A stretch of DNA of 64,000 nt. Origin: Podarcis pityusensis (lineage: Eukaryota). The first letter of the stretch is position 1. Each line of letters starts with the position of its first letter. Shown here piece after piece: positions 12,196 to 64,000 of the stretch. The DNA is taken from the NCBI GenBank assembly GCA_964106645.2, contig OZ067039.1; one strand, 5' to 3'. Below the pieces are notes generated by a model. That model was not told the DNA's origin and made no database searches. It saw only the letters and a list, made by a program, of their open reading frames with translations. The translations under genes and the position numbers were made by a program.

Positions 12196-13995
12196 TTCCC
12201 CTTCTATTCCCCCATTGCATGGCTTTCCTACCTTTCCCCCACAGTGTTTCTTGCACTGAGACCTCAAATCCACCCCAGCTTTCAGCAGCCGCTGATAAAA
12301 ACTCCATTCTGCAACTGTCAGGGAGTTATCCCTGTCACACTGATGGACTGTTTTATAAGGCATTTATCTTTTAGCCTTTTATCAGCAGTAAAGAGACCTC
12401 CTGTCTTCACTCCCAGCTAATGACAGCCTCCTTCAGCGTTCTGGATGGAGCATCCGGTGTTCCTAGCTGCAGAAATTGCTTGGTGACCTGGGACTCCACG
12501 TCCGGGTATAAAAAAAGAAATGGCCCTCACAGACTGATGAGATTAATTTCCAATAGTCCAGAGGATTCATACGCAGACCACTAGTGCCTCGGTGCCACAG
12601 AAAGCTTGGTCAGTGTGCCAAAAGGTTGCCTTTGTCTTAAGAGCTCCCCTGCCCCAAGCCAAATTACATTGCTGTGATTCAGGGTAAGACAGCAATTTGA
12701 GCTGAGGTTCAAATCTCTTTCTCCTGCATCCAATTTCATGGACCTCTCTTTTTAAATAAGGAAAACAAAGCAATTCAACTCTAGAAGAACCCAGTGTAGG
12801 TCAACAGCAGAAACTATGCTGGTAATGAGAGAGGGATTTAGATATATCTTTGCTCAAAACCCCTCTTCATTGGCTCATGGTTTGGGGAGTTCATGGAACT
12901 GAAATGGACATCTAGTTATGGCATTTGCATCTTGGTGCAACTAATGTGCTGGTCATTTGCTGCAATCTTAAGCATGTTTACTCAGGTGTAAGTCCCATTT
13001 AATAGGAGGCACTGCTGATCTTCCACCCTATTTTCAAAGTATATTTTTATCACCCCTCCCTCCTTGTTCCTGATATAGATATTCACTCACCCTTTCTTCC
13101 CTGTTGGGGTGGGAAGGGGCGGGCAGGTGCCATTTTGTGGTTTGCCTCAGGTGCCAAAATGTCTTGAGCTGGCCCTGGTGAGGGTGGTAGACTTTGAGAC
13201 GAAATGAATAGCCTGTTAATTCCCTCCCCTCTGTGATACTGAGCTGGGCGCTTGTAATGAACCTGTAAGGATGGAAGCCTATTGTGCTACTTAGTAATAG
13301 CTGGCTGGGTTAACACTTTTTAGGTGATGCATCACATCAATGTGTTCAATCTGCTTGCTTGTTTGATTTTCCTTTTAGAGCATTTTGATGTAGTTATATA
13401 TTTTTTGTATATGTTTAAAATCAAAAAATGCTAATATAACAAAATGATAGGGCATTGCTGCAAAAGGAAGGGATCGTTTTGCGATGTTTTTATCAATTTG
13501 TTTTTTTTAAAAAAGTGTCGTGAGCTTTAGGCATTTTTCAACCTCAGGAAGTTTTTTAAAAACTAATTTTGAGATGATTTCATTTTATTTAACAAAACTT
13601 ATATACCATGTCAGTGTAGAAAAAATACCTAGTGGTTTGCGAAGAATATAAAATATACAATGCAAATCAGTTTTTTAAAAAAGTTTTCTATAAGGAATCA
13701 AAATAAACAAAAATACTGTGTTTCTAATTGCAGTATTATCCAAATCCTACATTTGCAGAAATGCAGAACACAGTGGATAAAATAAAGCGAAAATCAGCCA
13801 TGATTAAGCGACAATGAAAGCAACGGGATTTGTATGTTACACAAAAACACAAGCACCAAGAGGGCATTGAGTGCACTTTAAAACGTCATGTGTTTACAAC
13901 CTTAATCCTTAACTATCTTTTGCTGAATTTGCACCTCATGCTTAAGTAATGGCTTGCTCAAGTGAAGTAGGCACACAGAGTACATGTTCAGTTAA

Positions 13996-56853
<42,858 letters not shown>

Positions 56854-58288
56854 GTGGAAAGGGAGCCGACACATGGCAGGAGGAGAACATGAGAGGAGGA
56901 AAGTCGGCATGGGCCAACCTTCCTCCTCGAGAATGAAAATCAGCCCCTCTAGGAACTGTCCTTATGATAGGAACTTGTCCTTTTGGAAGGGGCCGCCTTG
57001 CTGATCAGCTGAGCCTGGAGACATTCCTTGCTGGAAGCACATCACTTCCCTCTATCACTTGCATTGGAGACAAGGACTCAAACACCAGACCCATTTCCTT
57101 CCTATTCTGTCTTGTATTTCACTTGCACCTTGGGGGGTTGGTTGGTTGGTATCAGGTCTGGGAAGGTGTGGGTCGGCCTGAAGACACTACTCTCTCCATG
57201 CAGTTGTTGTGTATATTCAGTTGCTGCCTCCAATGTTCAATATGACTGAGCCACAAAATGCAGAGACATAAGGGTTGAGGATCTAACCACGTGGCAAAGG
57301 AAAACCATCAGCAGAAGTACCAGAAGACAAGCCAACAGCACTCTGCTTAGACGTCTGGGTGGGAATAGTGGTGAGTTCCTGCTGGGAATGGGCAGGATGG
57401 AGGCAGGCAGGTCTCTCCTGCAGCTGACAAGTGACAGGCACATTCAGCTGCACGCAACATGTGACAAAAATCGCCTTTCTGAAGAGAGCGAATGTGGATT
57501 CCAGTGGGATCCCACCGACCCCCAGCAAAAATGGATAAGGAACTAATGTGATTAATGAGCTATGGATTGTAATTGTTCTTTGGTGGTAGTGAGGCAAATT
57601 CTGTTTGTCAATCTTAGGGACTTCATCTGTCCAGAGGCAGGAAGCAGTCTAAAACTTTTGGGGAATTTTAACTGATGCGGCTTAATGTGGTCATTTGTGA
57701 ATGCAAAGCCTACATTGACCAGAATGCTAATTCACCTTGCCAGTTGCTCTCTTCTGCTTGACCAACAGTCTTGATGTTAACACTAATAGTGCAAAAAGAG
57801 GCTCGACGGGAATTTTTAGGCCAAAGAAAACGTTATGTTGCAGCTGTACTACATTAGCCTGCTACTACTCAGTTACAGGGCTGGGGCTTTCAGGGCGGGA
57901 AGTGAGTGGCAGGAGAGGAGTTAAGCACATCCTTCCACCTGCCTCCTTCCTGCCACTATGTGTGTTGGAGCTGAGAAGAAGCCACCAGGCTAATATTTAT
58001 ACGTGGCTGCAGCCATGTAACACATAGCTTGGCCCTCAGTTGTACATATGTGAATTTTGCAGGCTGCCTCATACCACCCAGAGCAGACTTGCATCTTTCC
58101 CACCTGTGTCTTTTGAGCATTCTTAGCTGCATTTGCTGGGCCACGCAACATCTCTTCAAGCCCGTGTCAGAACTTTGGCTTTAAGTGCTCTCCGTCTTTC
58201 ATTCCTGTATCTCTGAGGCTGTGTTGATCCCCTAGATGAAACTGATTAAACGCCAACAGCTGAATGAAAACCACCAGTTTGTTCAACA

Positions 58289-58299
58289 AATAAATTAAA
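58289..58299 (+). terminator. Probable SEMA3G polyadenylation signal (overlapping AATAAA and ATTAAA)
   Basis: AATAAATTAAA followed about 35 nt later by the U/GU-rich tract gtcttttctcttttgttttcagtg; implies a 3'UTR of about 1.45 kb. Confidence 0.55.
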
Positions 58300-61200
58300 C
58301 CCTTATGCAGCAAGCTCAGGCTTGGGGGCAAGTCTTTTCTCTTTTGTTTTCAGTGATTCAGTGTTCAGCTGCACAATGAATGGGTCTCATAGCAAGCTGT
58401 GCCCAGGACTGAAGTTTATTGCTAAAACTTCTTCCTACAATGTCACTCATTGTACAGTCAAAAGTTGATTGTTTTCTCCAAACACATCGAACAATGCATG
58501 TGTCGAGGGGCCAGAAAATAAAGCTCAACTATCTATGGTTTTGTGAAGAGATTAGAAAGTTTAGCAGTGCACAGACGCCTCCTGAAATAAGATGTCCTCT
58601 CGGTGACGTTTCTGGAGAAAGCACTATTGACACAGTCAGTTTGGTAATAAATGGGCAGATAAAGACCATTGGGTGGTATTCAGTAAAACGTGGTTGAATA
58701 CCACCCAATGTCATCTGCCCCCGCTCCCCTTCTGGCTGTCTCCAGACAGTGTGCAGTTTAACACTGGACTGGATGAACTTTCCTAGGAAGCAGTACCCAC
58801 CTCTTCCCCTGAAGAGGTGTAAGTCAGGGTTTGTGCAGTGGTCTCTGGGCAAACATTCAGAGTTACTGTGTTATCTCTGCCCACCTGGACTCGTAATAGA
58901 TCAGCTCAGGGACTGGCACACTCTCCTTGTGACTTGCTGGTGTCATGATGTTTCAGCATACAAAACTGGGATAAACACACGCTTCTCAAAAACAATAAAA
59001 ATGGCAAAACACCAATTGGTATATACTATGCACATTAACATCCTGGTGTAGACAAAGTCTCAGTTTGAAATCCACTTCCATCAGTTTCCGGTACAGCAAA
59101 TGAATATTTGGTATAGTGCATGCTGATTTTAAAAGATGTCATTTACATGAAAGGGATCTACCAGAAAATGGCAGGTAGAACAATTGCATCAACCTTTCAT
59201 GCCAAAAGATGCCCATCAAGGCAGGGAGAAACAAGAAGTTCTGTCTACCAAGCCCAGGTTCTACCTCTCCTTTGTGACTGAAGTTTAAAAGTGCTCAGAG
59301 CTGCAGTACCCTAATGCACACTGAAGGAAGTTAAATTCAGATAGGCCAAGTTAGGGATCAAGAGATGGGTTGATAATACAACAAGTAGCAAATAAGACAT
59401 GGAGAGCATTATTAGGAAGGATTAGGGAGCAGTTGCTGATGAATAAAAAAGAGAAAACATCTGTGATAAAGGCAAAATAACGGTAAGTATACTTGAACGT
59501 AATACAAATATTTCCTAATGCAGCTTGTACTGTTACGGTGCAGCAGTTGAATTCTCTCTCTTAATAATGTTTGGTTCTGAAGTCAGTGGAATTGGCACTG
59601 ATGTGTCTTACGTGTCCCAGGATTTATGGTGGGATGAAGGATGGGATAACAGAATGGCACTGAGTTCCTCCTCGAATGTCCTCTAATTGCCCATTGCAAA
59701 TTGAGTGTGTGCTTTGTTCTTTGTTCAAAACACTTTTCATGCATCACCAGAGTCCCATTCAAAAGATGTCTCTCAACTTTCTGTGCAGCAAAGACTTCTT
59801 GGTGAAAGGGTGGCTTTGGTATTGCTAGCTTGGACACGGGAAGAGAAAAATGTTCCTTCCAGGAATGTCATTGTGTCTGTGCATGTCATGAGGCAAAGCT
59901 CATACTTCCTTGAGCCCCATTTTTTGTGTCAGGACAAGAGGAAAGGCCTGTTTTCTAAGCCTGGTTTAGGAATAAATACTAGGGTCAAATAGTCCTTTCA
60001 CTCCATATGACCCATTCAGAGCAGTGTGGAAATGGCATGCAGTGCAGTGTATCTGCTGGGATCCCAATTAAATGGAGGGAAGTAACTGTGGTTCATCTTT
60101 GGAAATACAGCATTTGGTCTCAGGAGGAGGTGCGGTTCACTGAGGACAAGTACGGACCCTGTGAATGCCACGGGAGGGGGGGTGTCAACAAACTAGTTCT
60201 AAGTGCATACAAAGGGTGGGCTATTGGTTGGAGTAAACAAAACAACACTGGCAGCTGTCTCTCCATGGTCGAAGGTCTACTCTGGGTAAAAGTTGAATAC
60301 AACCCAGTGGTGTGAAAAGTGATTGGGGATAATAACTTTAACAAATGCATCTTGCTTTCTGCAAGCACTTTAAATACACCTTTCCTGTGTCTGAGGATTA
60401 ATAATATGTATGAAGGTGGAACTTTTGCAGGCCAACTTTCGGGTTTATATTTGATTTGCTGCTGCTGTGACTCTTGTGAGGTAGCTGTCAAGGGAGGGAG
60501 ATAATAATGCACTACTTTTCAGACATTATTAGTAATTAGAGTGTATTGGACTATATGTGCTTCATATTTTGGCTTCCAAACTGTTCTGGACAATTTAACA
60601 ATTTCCATTGCCCCTTCATATGAGATCTGTCCATTTATTCACCCGTCCATTCATGATTGCTGTAGTTACTAACAATTACACACTCAAGTGGATGGTTTAA
60701 TAATATTTTGCCTCACGTTTAATATGAATGGGACCCTATGTCTTGCACAACTATGGATTTGTTGTGAGACGTTAAGAAAAAAACAATTCCCCCCACCCTT
60801 TTGCCTCAGAGCAATTTAAGGCAAATTATCTTTTGATTGGAGCATACTGAGGGGATATGGAAAGCTAAACTATTAAGCATGTAAAGATTCCCAAGACACT
60901 AAAGTGACTTATAGGCAATACTATTATTATGGGGGGGGGGGGAGATGGGAGTTTTTAAGCCTTGTGTGTGGAGCATATACTTGACATCTGATACATCCTC
61001 TGTCAAGAAAACTCTCTCAGAAAGCAGACAGCCTTTATGATCTTTGCCTTCTCCAGCTACAGTCCCATGAGCTAATGTGCCAGCAGGTCTTTGAAGCCGG
61101 GTGTGTGAAGGGAGAAGACAGGCAGACAATGAACTTCTTTCCTGCATCTGCTGGAATATAATTACATGGAGTTTATTTTTGCAAAAGGCCTACAAAGTGG

Positions 61201-63244
61201 AAAGTGAGCATGACATGAGGTAAAATAACAAATAGTGGGAGATCGCAGAGAGTGGATTTCACAGCCTGTGTATGAACATGATTTAGACCTTTCCTGTGCA
61301 CTAGACTCGGGTCTCCCCATTTGCCGTGACTTCTCAAACTTGTGACTTCTCATTCACCTCAGTGAACAAAGCAGGATAAAATCCCATCATTCAGATGCTT
61401 CACACAAGAGTACTGAATCCTACCACACCTTTTTGCCAGACTAAATTATTGCTCAGTGCTTCTAAGTGTTAAAGGGCACCAAGTTTTTCCAGAAACCTAA
61501 TCCTAAGCTATTTGGTGACAAATTCTATTGATTTCACTGGAATGTCTAAGTGGGTACATTTAGGATCTGCTGCCTGAAGCTTGCTTTCCCCCAAAGTAAG
61601 CCCCATTAAACTTAGTGAGACTTCCGGGGAAACAGGCTTAGGGCCAGGTTGCCAGAAATAACTTCTTTTTAGTCCACAATGTGTTACTAGATGCACCATC
61701 TTTTCAGATAATAGATTTCCAGGGTGGGTTCCATCAAATTTTAAAACCCACTGAGATAAATTACAGTTAATATACCAAATAAAACAACCACTAAAGGATT
61801 AAAAGCATCAGTAACAAGGATTTAAAACCAGCCACTAAGATCAGCTTGGGTATCAGAAACTGGCTGAAAGGTCGAAGTGAGTAACAAGAAGATCCTTGTG
61901 CCATAAAGGCATTTGATTTGGTGCCAGGCAAGCATCCTGGAGGAGGGCATGGCCATTCTCAGGGTAGTCACAGATTCCCCACCTCTGATGTAGATAACAC
62001 ATGGGCTAGATAGACCAAAGATCTGAGTCAATATAAGGCAAGTTCCTTGAGGGCTACACTGAATGATAGGATTACTCTCTGTTCGCACTAAACACTCCAA
62101 TATCAGCTTCTTTTTCTTTGTAAGTTGGAAGGCAATTGCCAGAAGCCAGGTTGTGGTTAGAATGAAGCTGTGTTCAATATTCAATTAGCACTACGCAAAA
62201 CCACAAAGATGGGAAAATGTCATTAGGAGATTCCTTAACAGGGACCTGGTGGAGACAGGAAGAGATGTTGGAACCCTTTCAGACATGGATTCCAAGAGGG
62301 TGGAACGATTTTCATCATTCATCTCCATTTCCTTTTCCTCACTCAATATTTCAACTCATTTTGTGGGTCTCATTGTCTCTACTTTCAAGGGCTCTTCCAG
62401 GTGGAAGATTTTTCAAATGCTAGCTCCTGGAAGTCATACATGATTAAGTGCACTGAACAAGATTAGTCCAAAAAGGAGTTGGCATCTAGCAAGATAAGTG
62501 TGGTAGAGCAGGGATGGTTAGAGGATAAGACTAGCCCACCACTGAACCCTGATCTCTCGTAGGCCACCCATCCGGCTGTTGGATTTTATTTTACAAAGAA
62601 AACTGGACTAGATGGATCTTTGTTTTAACCGGATAAATATTCAGCATATTCAGTAACATGTGCCTCAGATTACTTATACCTTAAGAGGACATTAGCATCC
62701 TTGCTTTGTACATTTAAGCACATCACTGCATCCTGAGGGGTGGTGAGGATGATGATACTGAAGTCATTCATGAGCCAACTCTTGTGATGAAGATGCAATA
62801 GTAGGGCATGTGCAGTATCTTCTCCGTAGGATTCAAAGCCTCCCTGAAAAACTGTGTTTGGTTTCAGTAGTCTACAGCCAATTATATTTGGGAAAGCTTT
62901 GGTCATATGTAGGGCCACAGCATGTATTGGAAATCCTCCTCTCCCTTTTGGTAAACAATACTCCCTGCCCCAGTACAGGTGGCAGAGAACAGAGTGGGCC
63001 GCATAGGATCAGTGTTTGATTTACAGGGATATCAAAAGACGCCCAGGCCCCTTCACGTTTTGCGACAAGACTCTCTCGGCCACTGTTCTTTGAAGGCGTT
63101 GGATGAAACCATGCTTTGACTAAAATTGGGAGCAGCGGGAGAGGGTCAGGAGGTGGGCCTTGCAGATTTTATTCCAAGGCCACTCACCTCTCAGACCCCC
63201 AACTGACCTCTCTGTGAAGCTCAAAGAAGAGAGAAGAAGGGGGC

Positions 63245-63410
63245 CACACCACAGTTCAGTAGGGTGTTGCAAGTTGCTAATCCTCACGCAACCACAAAGC
63301 TTGTAGGGTGACCTTAGATCAGTCACACACTCTCAGAACAATGTACCTCACAGAATGGCTGTGAGGATAAATTGTGGAAGGACGATGAGCTCCTTGGGGT
63401 AGAAATGCCT
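63245..63410 (+). mobile_element. Degraded CORE/MIR-like SINE
   Basis: ggtgaccttag..cagtcac..tctcag...cctcacag....tgtgaggataaa core. Confidence 0.55.
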
Positions 63411-64000
63411 GTATGCACACACATGACCTCTCAGCCTCATGTGTGGCAGATTGGAGCAGAGATGTATAAGGGATTTCTGCGGCACAGCCTGGAGAAGGAA
63501 CCAAATCCTCCTGCAGCCGGCAGCAGTTTTGGCTGGAAAAGGCAACTGTGTTTTTATGGGGACAGCATGATCTCACTTGCTCAGTAAACTCCCTCAGGCT
63601 GATAAGGATCTCACTCCTTCCTGCAGCGGATCAGGCCTCACACAATAGTGTGAACCACCAGTCCTGCTGGGAAGAGCATTGTTGCCGAATGTGAAACACA
63701 CACATACAAAAGCCACTGCCTGCCTTGGACTAAATAAGACCAGGGGGTGTTTATAGACCTTGGCACTTCCGAGTGGGCGTTCTTTAACATACCAAGACAA
63801 AGGATGGCACAATAAGAAATTGTTCCATGTTTACTGGTGTCTGTTCCCTTCAGGATGTGAGGATCTCATTAACAGCATCAAACAATCCCACACATTTGGC
63901 TGCTGTGCTGGAAGAGAGGGATGCTGCCTCAGTTATCAGTCATCCTTTCATGTGTGCAGGCAAGAGGGAGGAAATGACAGCTGTTCAGAGATACACAACT

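Noticed and set aside
62870-63150. Minus-strand reading PLPLLPILVKAWFHP as DIRS gag-like or PHD-finger sequence
   Set aside because: Only a few residues resemble either family; no RT, recombinase or proper Cys spacing nearby.

Overview
Vertebrate (squamate, probably lacertid lizard) genomic DNA; the lineage is inferred from the repeat content, not shown directly. The window holds 15 coding exons (exons 2-16) of semaphorin-3G (SEMA3G) on the + strand, 14069-56853. All introns are GT-AG with compatible phases; together with one nucleotide from the missing exon 1 they give an open 737-codon frame (Sema, PSI, Ig and basic domains). Exon 1 (signal peptide) was not found and probably lies upstream. 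A likely poly(A) signal is at 58289. Introns carry many repeats: CR1, RTE and Rex1/Babar LINE fragments, tRNA-derived SINEs, Tc1/mariner-pogo and Harbinger-type MITEs, a solo LTR and microsatellites. The most unusual structure is a 1.26-kb pogo/Tc2-type MITE in intron 3 made almost wholly of hairpins, including about 7.5 tandem copies of a 109-bp CpG-rich palindromic unit. Also notable are a SOX/ETS/RBPJ/HIF motif cluster (candidate endothelial enhancer) and possible terminal exons of a convergent minus-strand gene near the window end. I cannot establish a new biological system from sequence alone; these are hypotheses. Family names and orthologue comparisons are from memory, with no database search run.
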